From an uncultured delta proteobacterium (GTDB taxonomy: Bacteria; Desulfobacterota; Binatia; UBA9968), in NCBI GenBank assembly GCA_963755715.1, contig CAVWLW010000067.1:45421-109420 (forward strand): DNA of 64,000 nt, written 5' to 3'. The notes under the pieces are model-generated. The model did not search any database. It was given only the letters and a program-made list of their open reading frames with translations, and was not told where the DNA came from. Positions 1 to 9,136 of this stretch are shown piece by piece (the stretch's first letter is position 1; each line of letters begins with the position of its first letter). The position numbers and the translations under genes are program-made.

Positions 1-2235
1 AACAGCAACTTCGATGACCGCACCAGTGTGATCATTTTTGATATCAATACCGTGGCTGCCCGTGAAGCGCGGCGCATCGGCACGCTCTCGATGCTGACCC
101 TGGCGACCGGGGTCTATGCCGCTAGTCCGGCGGGATCCGTCGTCGAACGCGTGGACCTGGGCGACGACGGCGCGGTAACCGTCAAGACCCTGACGGCCGG
201 CGCGCGCGCCGGAACGGCGGTCATCGCTCTCGATAACCGCGTTGGACTCGTAGTGAACGGGATTCTGCGCATCGGCGCCGCGCCAGACGATGAATATCTG
301 ACGATTGCGGCATTGCCGAATCCCTCGCCCGGCAACGCGGCGCCCAACGCGGGCAATGTCGTGCTGGCTCATGCGCTCAACCGCGATCATCCGCTTGGAA
401 CTCGTGCTTGGCTGGAAACGGATCCGGTCGGTCAACCCGGCGAGGCCCGCCACTGCGTTATTGATCGATGCCGATATTGGCGGCGCTTCGCTGCCGGTGA
501 CCGACGGAACCGGTTACGCTCAGGATGAATTCGTCAGGCTGACGCCCGCCGGTGGAGGCCAACCGCTATACCATCGGCTGGCGGCCAATGCCGTGAGTCT
601 CGATGCGCGACTGGTGGACTTGACCGTGCCATTATCCCGCGCGCATGCCGCCGGAGCCGCGGTGGCGGAACGCGCGCCGCTGCTCAACTTGCAGGCGCTC
701 GATACCGGCGATTGGGGCAACCGTTTGCGCGTTTCAGTGCAGGATGAGCCGGCGGGAATGGTGCCGCGGACCACTGTGAGCAGCGTCATCGATGCCGCCC
801 ACATTCGTCTGGCATCCGCGGCCGGCGTCGAAGCGGGAACGATTCTCGAAGTTTTCAATCCGGCGGACGGCGCGGTGGTCGGCGATCTGTTGAAAGTGAC
901 GGACGTCAATCGCGCCGCCAACTTTACGATTACGCTTGACGGCGCCGGCATTTCCATCGCCCAATCGGCGCCCGGCCTGGCGGTCCGGTCAAGAGAATTT
1001 CGTCTCACGGTCTATTTATTCCGTCAACCGGATCCGGCGATCCCTTCGCGCAACGAAACGATCCTCGACAGCGAAGTGTTTCGCTATCTCTCGATGGACC
1101 CGCGCCACAGCCGCTACGTGCAGGACATCATCGGCGACATCAACGGCGCGCTCCGGCTCTCCGACCGCCGTCCGGAAGGCGAATCAAGGTACATCCGCGT
1201 GAGCGATATGAATCCAAGCACGGACATCCGTCTCGGTCCTGAAACTCTGGTGGATGTCTTGCCGGATGGCCGCCGGCGTCCGGCGCGCCATGCTCTGGGG
1301 ACCTGGTGCGCGGGACCGATTCCATCGGCACACTCACTGAAGACGATTATGTCGGTCAGGATAGTCAGGACCCGGAGGCGCGCACCGGACTCCACAGCCT
1401 GCGCAACATCGAAGAGATCAGCATCGTCGCCTGTCCGGGACGCACGACCGCGGCGATGCAGAGCGCGCTGATCGACCACTGCGAGCTGATGCGCTACCGC
1501 TTCGCCGTGCTCGACGGCCCGCGGCCGCCGCAGCGACACGCTCGCCGACGTGCAGGCGCAGCGCCAGCAGTTCGACACGAAATACGCGGCGCTCTATCAC
1601 CCGTGGCTGCTGATTCCCGATCCGTTCCCGGCGAACCTGAGCCAGATCGCCGACTATCCGATTCCGCCGTCGCGGCCACATGGTCGGCATCTACGCGCGC
1701 ACCGACATCGAGCGCGGCGTGCACAAGGCGCCGGCCAACGAGGTCGTGCGCGGCATCATCGGGCTGCAGCGCATGCTCAACAAGGAGCAGCACGACATCC
1801 TCAATCCCGTATCCGGTCAACATCAACGTGATCCGCGACTTCCGCGACAACAACCGCGGCATCCGCGTCTACGGCGGCCGGGTCATCACCAGCGATCCGG
1901 ACTGGAAGTACGTCAACGTCCGGCGGCTGCTGATCTTCATCGAGGCGTCGATCGATCGCGGGCTGCAGTGGGTGGTCTTCGAGCCCAACGCCGAGCCGCT
2001 GTGGGCGCGCGTGCGCCGGTCGATCGCCAACTTCCTGACGCTGGTCTGGCGCAACGGCGCGCTGGAAGGCACCAAGGTCGAGGAGGCGTTCTTCGTCAAG
2101 TGCGACCGCACGACGATGACGCAGACGGACATCGACAACGGCCGGCTGATCTGCGTGGTCGGCGTCGCGCCGGTGAAGCCGGCCGAGTTCGTGATCGTCC
2201 GCATCGGCCTGTGGACCGCGCACGCGGACGACTGA
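1..2235 (+). CDS. Phage tail sheath family protein 1 (partial, several apparent frameshifts)
   Basis: Pieces in ORFs 28-528, 305-1471, 1306-2235, 1550-1831, 1680-: YAALYHPW, RGVHKAPANE, WKYVNVRRL, WVVFEPN..LW, GVAPVKPAEFV sheath motifs. Confidence 0.9.
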
Positions 2236-2259
2236 AGAGCTCGAAGGAGGAGCTGACCG

Positions 2260-2703
2260 ATGGCCACCGGAGAACGGCGCGATCCGTTTCGCGCATTCAA
2301 CTTTCAGCTCGAAATCGACGGCATCGCCGCGCGGCGCGTTCAGCGAAGTGCAGCGGCCTGACCGCGGAAGGCGACGCGGTGGATTACCGCGAAGGCACCG
2401 ACCTGCAGCCCAACGTGCGCAAGCTCGTCGGCCTGCGCAAGTACACCAACATCACGCTCAAGCGCGGCTACACGCAGGACGAACTCGCTGTGGGACTGGT
2501 ACAGCAACATTCACAACGGCGTCGCCGACCGGCGCAACGTCACCATCATCCTGATGAACGAGGAGCGCCAGCCGGTGATGCGCTGGCACGCCGAGAACGC
2601 CTGGATCAACAAGATCGAAGGGCCGAGCTTCAAGGCGAGCGGCAACGAAGTCGCCATCGAATCGGTCGAGCTGGTCCACGAAGGGCTGACCATCGAAGTG
2701 TGA
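2260..2703 (+). CDS. Phage tail tube protein (gp19 family), frameshifted
   Basis: RBS GGAGG, ATG 2260: MATGERRDPFRAFNFQLEIDG...CSGL...YREG...NITLKRG...LWDW...RRNVTI...NEVAIESVELVHEGL, TGA 2701-2703. Confidence 0.9.
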
Positions 2704-2721
2704 GCCGCGAGGGATTCTCAC

Positions 2722-4725
2722 GTGCAATCGCCGCAAACACCGGGCGTCTATTACGAGCGAGTCGACGCGAGCGCGCCGGCCATCGCGCTGCTGCGCACCG
2801 ACATCGCCGGCTTCGTCGGCATCGCCACGCGCGGGTCCGCTGCACCAGCCGCTGCCCGTGCAGTCGTGGCGGCAGTTTCAGGCCTATTTCGGTGATTTTA
2901 CCGGTGCCGGTTATCTCGCTTACGCCGTGCGGGCGTTCTTCGAAAACGGCGGCCAGCGGTGCTGGATCGTGCGTGTGGCGTCTGAAACCGCGGCGACGGC
3001 CGCGGTAGCGCTGCGGTCGGAAAGTCTCGCCAGCGTCTGGGCGGTTTCAGCCTCGAGTCCCGGAGTGTGGGGAAACGATCTGGATATCGTGATCAGGGAA
3101 ACGCACCGAGCGCAGACGTTGACCGTTCCCGCAACAGAGCGCGCCGGAATTTTCCACCGTGCTCTCGACCACCGGATTCGGCCGCGCCACGCAGGTGCGC
3201 CTCTCGCAGGGCGCCGATCATCGTCCACAAGGTCGTGTCGGATGTCGATGCGGTGAATCATCGGCTGCTGTGGATCAATCCGAAAGCGGCGAAGCGCAGC
3301 TGCCCTATGACAGCGCGTTGAGCGGTTTCGATGCCGGGCGTCCGATCCTGATTGAAAGCATCGAATACACGCTGTGGGTGAGAGAGCTCGGCCGGCTGAT
3401 TCGCGTCTACGAAGGGCTCTCGCTCGTTCCCGAGCACCGGCGTTACGGCCCGGCTATTTTGGCAGCGTTTAAAGTCCCGCGGGTTTCCGGCCAACCGCTG
3501 AACCTGCCCTCCGCGCCTGAGCCGGTGACGATCACCGAATTGCGCGAGCTGCCTCTGTCCGTTCTCGAGTCGATGGCCACGACGCCGGATCAGATCATGC
3601 CGCTCACGGGCGGCGCCGACGGCCTGGCTCAGTTGAGCCCCTATGATTTCATCGGCGAGGAGTATCGATCCGCTCGACAGCGATGACGTCCGCGCGCGCA
3701 AAGCGCGCGGCCTGCGAACCCTGGAAGACGTGCGCGAAGTCGCGATGGTCGCCGTGCCGGATATCCACATTCAGCCGAAAGCCGCGCCGCGTTTCAGCCC
3801 GCCGCCGCCCTGCGTCCCCGATCCGTGTCTGCCGGTGAGCGTGCCGCCGGCGGTCCCGCGCGCGCCGTCGGTGGGCGACCTGCCGCCGGTCTTTCCGGAA
3901 AGCGCCATCTATCAGGTGCAGTCCGCGTTGATTCAACACTGCGAGAAGCTGCGCGATCGCATCGCGCTTCTGGAGCCGCCGTTCAGCGCGTCGCGCGACG
4001 ACAAGCTCGGCGTCGGCGCGGTGCGCGCCTGGCGGAGCCGCTTCGATTCCAAGTACGCGGCTTTGTACTATCCGTGGCTGCGCGTGGTCGATCCGTTGCG
4101 CTCGCCCATGTCACTGGTGCGGGAGATTCCGCCCAGCGGCCACGTGGCCGGACAATACGCGCAAAACGATTCTCAATTCGGCGTGCACAAGGCGCCGGCC
4201 AACGCGCCGCTCATCTGGGCCGAGGATGTAACCGTCTTCGTCGACGACGCCGTGCACGGGATCTTCAATCCCGGCGGCATCAACGCGATCCGGCCATTGC
4301 CGGGCCGCGGCCTGCGCATCTTCGGCGCGCGCACGGTGAGCAGCGACGCCGATTGGCGTTACGTCAACGTGCGCCGGCTGATGATGATGATCGAAAAAGC
4401 GATCGAGGCGGCGATCCAATGGGCGGTCTTCGAGCCGAATTCCACTCTGACGCGGACCAAGCTCAATTTGACGTTAACGAATTTCTTGCTGTCGTTATGG
4501 CAGCGGGGAGCGCTCATGGGAGCGGCCGCGGAGGATGCCTTTTTCGTCAAATGCGACGACGATAACAACCCGCCCGAGGAGCGTGACCAGGGCAGGCTCG
4601 TGGCCACGATCGGCGTCGCGCCTTCGCGCCCGTTCGAATTCATTATTCTGAGAGTCGGGCGGGCGCACAATCAGTTCGAGATCAGCGAAGCGTCGTCCGG
4701 CGCTTCCGGGCTGGAGGTCTTCTAG
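2722..4725 (+). CDS. Phage tail sheath family protein 2, frameshifted
   Basis: GTG 2722 gives QTPGVYYERVD...DIAGFVG; YLAYAVRAFFENGG; YAALYYPW, GVHKAPAN, WRYVNVRRL, GVAPSRPFEF. Confidence 0.9.
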
Positions 4726-5243
4726 TGGCGGATTTGAATCCCACGGGACGGCGCGATGACCCGGTGTTGAATCATAACTTTGTCATCAGTCTGCTCGACA
4801 GCAGCAGCGCGAGCGGTCTGTTCGGCTCCGTTTCCATGTCAGCCATTTTCGATGTTGCCCTGGGCGGTTTCAGCGAATGCGGCGGATTGGAGATGTCGCT
4901 TCAGGTCGAGGAGTTCAGGGAAGGCGGCAACAACGGCCGGGTGCTCAAGTTTCCGACGCGGGTGACCTGGTCGAATATCACGCTCAAGAAGGGCATGAGC
5001 TCGGGCACGGCGTTGTGGGACTGGCATTATGGTTTTACGGCCGGGCGAGGCAGTCGCCGCGATGGCGTGATCGTGCTGCTCAATGACCGTCAGGTGCCGA
5101 ACAACATCTGGTATTTTCGCCGCGGTTTGCCGGTCAAATATACCGGGCCGGCGCTCAATGCGACTCAGAGCAGCGTCGCGATTGAATCCATAGAAATTGC
5201 CCATGACGGGCTTTCACAGGTGCCGCTCGGTTTGGCGACTTAG
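4725..5243 (+). CDS. Phage tail tube protein 2 (gp19 family, Afp5-like)
   Basis: GGFSECGGLEM...REGG.N...NITLKKG...LWDW...RRDG...GPALNA...VAIESIEIAHDGL. Confidence 0.9.
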   Translation: MADLNPTGRRDDPVLNHNFVISLLDSSSASGLFGSVSMSAIFDVALGGFSECGGLEMSLQVEEFREGGNNGRVLKFPTRVTWSNITLKKGMSSGTALWDWHYGFTAGRGSRRDGVIVLLNDRQVPNNIWYFRRGLPVKYTGPALNATQSSVAIESIEIAHDGLSQVPLGLAT

Positions 5244-5263
5244 ACTTTTCGGGAGGAATTGGA

Positions 5264-5461
5264 ATGGAAGTTCAAATCCAGACACTGCAAAGCACGGTGC
5301 AGGCATTCGACGGCGACGTGCCGCTATCGCCGCAGACCATGGACAAGATCGTCCGCGCGGTGCTTCAGGCGGTGAATGATCAGCAGGCGCATCGTCAGCG
5401 CGTCCGCGCCGAGCAACGCATTACGAGCGGGGTGAGTCACGAGCTCGAGGAAAGGGACTAA
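5264..5461 (+). CDS. Small eCIS-associated hypothetical protein (65 aa)
   Basis: RBS GGAGG, tight operon spacing between tube and tube-initiator genes. Confidence 0.75.
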   Translation: MEVQIQTLQSTVQAFDGDVPLSPQTMDKIVRAVLQAVNDQQAHRQRVRAEQRITSGVSHELEERD

Positions 5462-5465
5462 GAGC

Positions 5466-6290
5466 GTGGAACAGGTCGCGAAAGCCATTTTGCGCGTTGA
5501 GTGGGACGCTCCACGGAACCCGGAGATGATCGAGGTTCAATATAATCCGACGGAGTTGTCATGGGACAAAGGCGCCCAGATCGCCGAGATTTCGATTCCC
5601 GGATTAGACGCGCCCCTGCAACAATTTGTCCGCGGCCAGGCCGAGAAGCTGACCCTCGAACTATTTTTTGACACGACCGATCACGGCATGGGCAAGGGCG
5701 CAGTGAGCGTCACGACGCTGACCGACCGAATCTATCAGCTCATCAAAATTGAACCGACGCGTCATGCGCCGCCGATCTGTACTTTTATCTGGAACGACGC
5801 ATTCCCCGGCAGCTCGCTTGAAGGAAATGCCGGCAGCGCCGCGAGCCTTGCGATCGGCGGCAGCTTTGGCGCGGCGGCGGGCGTGGTTGCTTCGGCCGCG
5901 GGCGCCGCGGTCAGCGCGGTCGCCAGCGCCGTGGCGGGAATCGCCAATGCCGCGAGCGGCAATCAGCGCCGCAACGGCTTCAGGTGCGTCGTCGAAAGCG
6001 TCAAGCAAAAATTCACGCTGTTCAGCCCGGAAGGTGTTCCGCTGCGCGCGGCATTAAGCGTGGGATTGCGTGAATACAAAACTCTCGATGACCAACTTGC
6101 TCATTTGAATTTGACCTCGCCCGATCGCACGCATAGTCACGTGACGCAGAACGGCGATTCCCTGTCCCGGATCGCCGCGCAGTACTATCGAAGCGCCGGC
6201 GACTGGCGATTGATTGCCGACGCCAACGGTATTGAAGATCCGCGCCGCCTTGTGGTCGGTGCTTTTTTGCAGATTCCGCCGACGCAATAG
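5466..6290 (+). CDS. CIS tube-initiator protein with C-terminal LysM domain (Afp7-like)
   Basis: VQYNPTEL...LQQFVRG...LELFFDT; FSPEGVPLRA; C-terminal GDSLSRIAAQYY..DWRLIADANGIEDPRRL LysM. Confidence 0.88.
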   Translation: MEQVAKAILRVEWDAPRNPEMIEVQYNPTELSWDKGAQIAEISIPGLDAPLQQFVRGQAEKLTLELFFDTTDHGMGKGAVSVTTLTDRIYQLIKIEPTRHAPPICTFIWNDAFPGSSLEGNAGSAASLAIGGSFGAAAGVVASAAGAAVSAVASAVAGIANAASGNQRRNGFRCVVESVKQKFTLFSPEGVPLRAALSVGLREYKTLDDQLAHLNLTSPDRTHSHVTQNGDSLSRIAAQYYRSAGDWRLIADANGIEDPRRLVVGAFLQIPPTQ

Positions 6291-6300
6291 GAGATTGGGC

Positions 6301-7521
6301 ATGCCGGTAGTGACGCTCAGGGATGAATCGAAATTGCAGGGCAATTTCTATGTCCCGCGGTTTGAAATAAAAATCGCCGGCGCCAACCTGCCGCAGAATG
6401 TTTTGCGTGATGTCTTGCAAGTTACCTATTCGGATAACGTGAAAGAGCTCGATAGCTTCGAGTTCACTGTCAACAATTGGGACGCCGAAAAGCGCGAATT
6501 CAAATACGTCGGATCGGAAACGACCAGTTCCCTGAGCAGGAATCCGCTGCATCAGCTGTTCAATCCATCGCGCCATGAAGTGGAGGTCGCGATGGGATAC
6601 GAAAACAATTTGACCCTGATGACGAAGGGCAATTTGACGACGATGGAGCCCACCTTTCCCAGCAGCGGCGGCCCGACGTTGACAGTGCGAGGCTTGAATG
6701 TCCTGCACAAGCTTCGCACCAAGCAATTCACCTACGCGTGGCCGCCAAACAAACGCGAAAGCGAGATCGCCAAGAGTCTCGACACACTGACCGACCCCGA
6801 TCCTCAGGCGAAGGGCAAGAAACGCTTCCCGCTGCCGATCGAAATCGACGACAACGCGCTCAGCAAAGAGCAGCCGATTGCTTATGTCGCGCAAGACAGC
6901 CAGTACGATATCGATTTTCTTCTCTCCCGGGCGCGCCGTATCGGCTACGCGGTTTTCATCAAAGAAGAGGAACAGGAAAATGGCCGGGTCACAAAGCAGA
7001 GGCGGCTCTACTTCGGACCTTCCGACGCCAATCATCCCGGCCTGCGACGGGTGACATTTGAACTCAAATGGGGCGTTTCGCTCATTGACTTCAAACCGAC
7101 GTTAACCACCGCCAACCAGGTCAAGAGCGTCGTCGTCCAGGGATTCGATCGATCCACGAAGCAACAAATCACCGGTAGAGCATCGCTCGATGATCCGAAA
7201 TTTGGATTGAACCGTGACCTGATCAAACTGTTGGAATCTTCCGATGCTCGCGAGGAGCGCGTGGTCGATAGGCCGGTTTTTACTCAGAGAGAGGCCGACG
7301 AGCTGGCGCGCGCGATTTTGCTCGAGCGCAGCAAGGATCTCGTCAAGGCGAGCGGAACCTGCATCGGTCTGCCGGATCTGCGCGCCGGACAGCGGATAAA
7401 GATCAGCGGCCTCGGCGCGCGCTTCAGCGGCGAATATTTCGTCACCGATACCACGCATGCGATCAACGATAGCGGATACATCACGAGGTTTAGCGTGCGC
7501 CGCGAAGATCTGGGGAAATGA
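6301..7521 (+). CDS. Phage late control D / gp27-like baseplate hub (VgrG N-terminal half)
   Basis: RBS GGAG before ATG 6301; YVAQDSQYDIDFLLSRARRIGY; GLPDLRAG...GLGARFSGEYFVTDTTH. Confidence 0.88.
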   Translation: MPVVTLRDESKLQGNFYVPRFEIKIAGANLPQNVLRDVLQVTYSDNVKELDSFEFTVNNWDAEKREFKYVGSETTSSLSRNPLHQLFNPSRHEVEVAMGYENNLTLMTKGNLTTMEPTFPSSGGPTLTVRGLNVLHKLRTKQFTYAWPPNKRESEIAKSLDTLTDPDPQAKGKKRFPLPIEIDDNALSKEQPIAYVAQDSQYDIDFLLSRARRIGYAVFIKEEEQENGRVTKQRRLYFGPSDANHPGLRRVTFELKWGVSLIDFKPTLTTANQVKSVVVQGFDRSTKQQITGRASLDDPKFGLNRDLIKLLESSDAREERVVDRPVFTQREADELARAILLERSKDLVKASGTCIGLPDLRAGQRIKISGLGARFSGEYFVTDTTHAINDSGYITRFSVRREDLGK

Positions 7522-7531
7522 GCCGGATTCA

Positions 7532-7996
7532 ATGAAGCATTATCCGGGAGTGGTTACGGCGATTGTCAAAAGTTTGAAGGATCCTGACGGGCAGGGCCGG
7601 GTGGAGCTGCAATTTCCCTGGCTGTCGGACTCGCTGCGAAGTTATTGGGCGCCCGTGGCAGCACCCCTCGCCGGCAAGCAGCGTGGTGTTTTCTTCATGC
7701 CTGAAATTGACGACGAAGTGCTGGTCGCCTTTGAGCACGGAAGTTTCGATCATCCTTATATCGTCGGTTATCTCTGGAACGGCGTGGATATGCCGCCGGA
7801 GAGCGATCTCAAGAATCGCGTGATCAAGACACCGGGCGGGCACACCTTGCGGTTCGAAGACGGCAACGGAAAAAAAATCGTTCTCAAGTCCAGCTCCGGG
7901 CAGACGATCACCCTCGACGATACGGAAAACTCGATCACGCTCGAGGGCGGCGGACGGATTCTGAAGATGAGCAACGGCGTCGTGCAGATATCGTGA
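7532..7996 (+). CDS. Baseplate assembly protein V / gp5 OB-fold spike
   Basis: DPDGQGRV...FPWL...WAPV...FFMPEIDDEVLVAFEHG...PYIVGYLWNG; short beta-helix tail. Confidence 0.9.
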   Translation: MKHYPGVVTAIVKSLKDPDGQGRVELQFPWLSDSLRSYWAPVAAPLAGKQRGVFFMPEIDDEVLVAFEHGSFDHPYIVGYLWNGVDMPPESDLKNRVIKTPGGHTLRFEDGNGKKIVLKSSSGQTITLDDTENSITLEGGGRILKMSNGVVQIS

Positions 7997-8009
7997 GAGG
8001 TCAAACAAA

Positions 8010-8723
8010 ATGCCGCAGATCCTGACGACCAACGCGACGATTGTTTGCCCGCATGGCGGAACGGGCAGCACGGTGCCGGCTATTCCGAAGTGGCAGATCA
8101 ACGGCGGCTACGTGGCCGTCGAAGGCGACACCGGCGCGCTCAGTTGTCCGTTCGGGCTGTTTCCGTGCACCGGTTATATTCTCAGCTCCATGGGATTGAA
8201 CGCCACCGAGATCGACGGGCGAAAAGTGATTCTGGTCACCGATTTCAATCAGAGCCTCACCGGTTTGCCGCTGCGCATGACGGAGTTTCACCAGACGTTC
8301 GACGAAAGCACGCCGGCGCCGATCCCGACCGGCCAGACGGCGCCGCCGCCGAGCGAAGAAATGGCCGACCTGTCGCGGCCCGTCGTCGTACCGGCGCTGC
8401 AAAGTTTCCCGTTCAGCATCAGCACGACGCCGGTCCCGGTCGTCGTGGCATTCAATCTGACCGCCGCTCATCCTCTGCGATGGGTGCTGACGCTGATCAA
8501 CACGACGCTCAAACGCCAGCAGGATTTGACCGGCGGCGCGCCCGGCGCGACCGTCGTTCCCGCGAACGGGCAGTGGAGCACGCCGACTCTGACGGTCACC
8601 GTGACCCTCACGCCGGCCTTTGTGGCGGCGCTGACGGTGGGCACGCACCATCTGTTTCTCACGGCGATCAGCCAACGCGGCCTTTCCGACTACGGCGAAG
8701 CGACTATCGGGGTGACGCCATGA
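8010..8723 (+). CDS. PAAR-like spike-tip protein with C-terminal extension
   Basis: N-terminal IVCPHGG...CPF..PC motif, position between gp5 and gp25; ~135 aa beta-rich extension. Confidence 0.7.
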   Translation: MPQILTTNATIVCPHGGTGSTVPAIPKWQINGGYVAVEGDTGALSCPFGLFPCTGYILSSMGLNATEIDGRKVILVTDFNQSLTGLPLRMTEFHQTFDESTPAPIPTGQTAPPPSEEMADLSRPVVVPALQSFPFSISTTPVPVVVAFNLTAAHPLRWVLTLINTTLKRQQDLTGGAPGATVVPANGQWSTPTLTVTVTLTPAFVAALTVGTHHLFLTAISQRGLSDYGEATIGVTP

Positions 8724-9133
8724 ATCAGCCGGCCGGTAATCAACGCGATTTCCTCGGCGTCGGCTGGAAATTCCCGCTGCAGGTCACGCCCGGCGGGCAG
8801 ATTGCCCAGGCGCGCTATGAGCAGCGCATCGAGGAATCGATCTATCTCATTCTCAGCACCGCCAAGGGCGAGCGCGTGATGCTGCCCGAATTCGGCTGCG
8901 GCATACACGATCTGGTTTTTGCTCCGAATAACTCCACAACCATTGCGGTCGTGGTCCAGACGGTGCGCGAAGCGCTGGTCGCTTTCGAGCCGCGCATCGA
9001 CGTGCTCGACATCAGCGCGGAGAGCGCGCCGGAAGAGCCCAATCTGCTGCTGATTCGCATCAACTACCGGATTCGCGCCAACAATGCGCGCGGTAATCTG
9101 GTTTATCCATTCTATATCGAGGAAAGCGCCTGA
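8720..9133 (+). CDS. gp25/GPW baseplate protein
   Basis: ATGA overlap at 8720; FLGVGWKFP...IEESIYLILST.KGERVMLPEFGC...FEPRI...NLVYPFY. Confidence 0.93.
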   Translation: MNQPAGNQRDFLGVGWKFPLQVTPGGQIAQARYEQRIEESIYLILSTAKGERVMLPEFGCGIHDLVFAPNNSTTIAVVVQTVREALVAFEPRIDVLDISAESAPEEPNLLLIRINYRIRANNARGNLVYPFYIEESA

Positions 9134-9136
9134 CCT

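Noticed and set aside
1420-2830. Visibly higher-GC3 codon style in the conserved sheath C-terminus and tube 1 (also ~19480-19870)
   Set aside because: Could be recent recombination, but it coincides with the most conserved segments and dense indels, so mis-polishing with reads from related organisms is at least as likely
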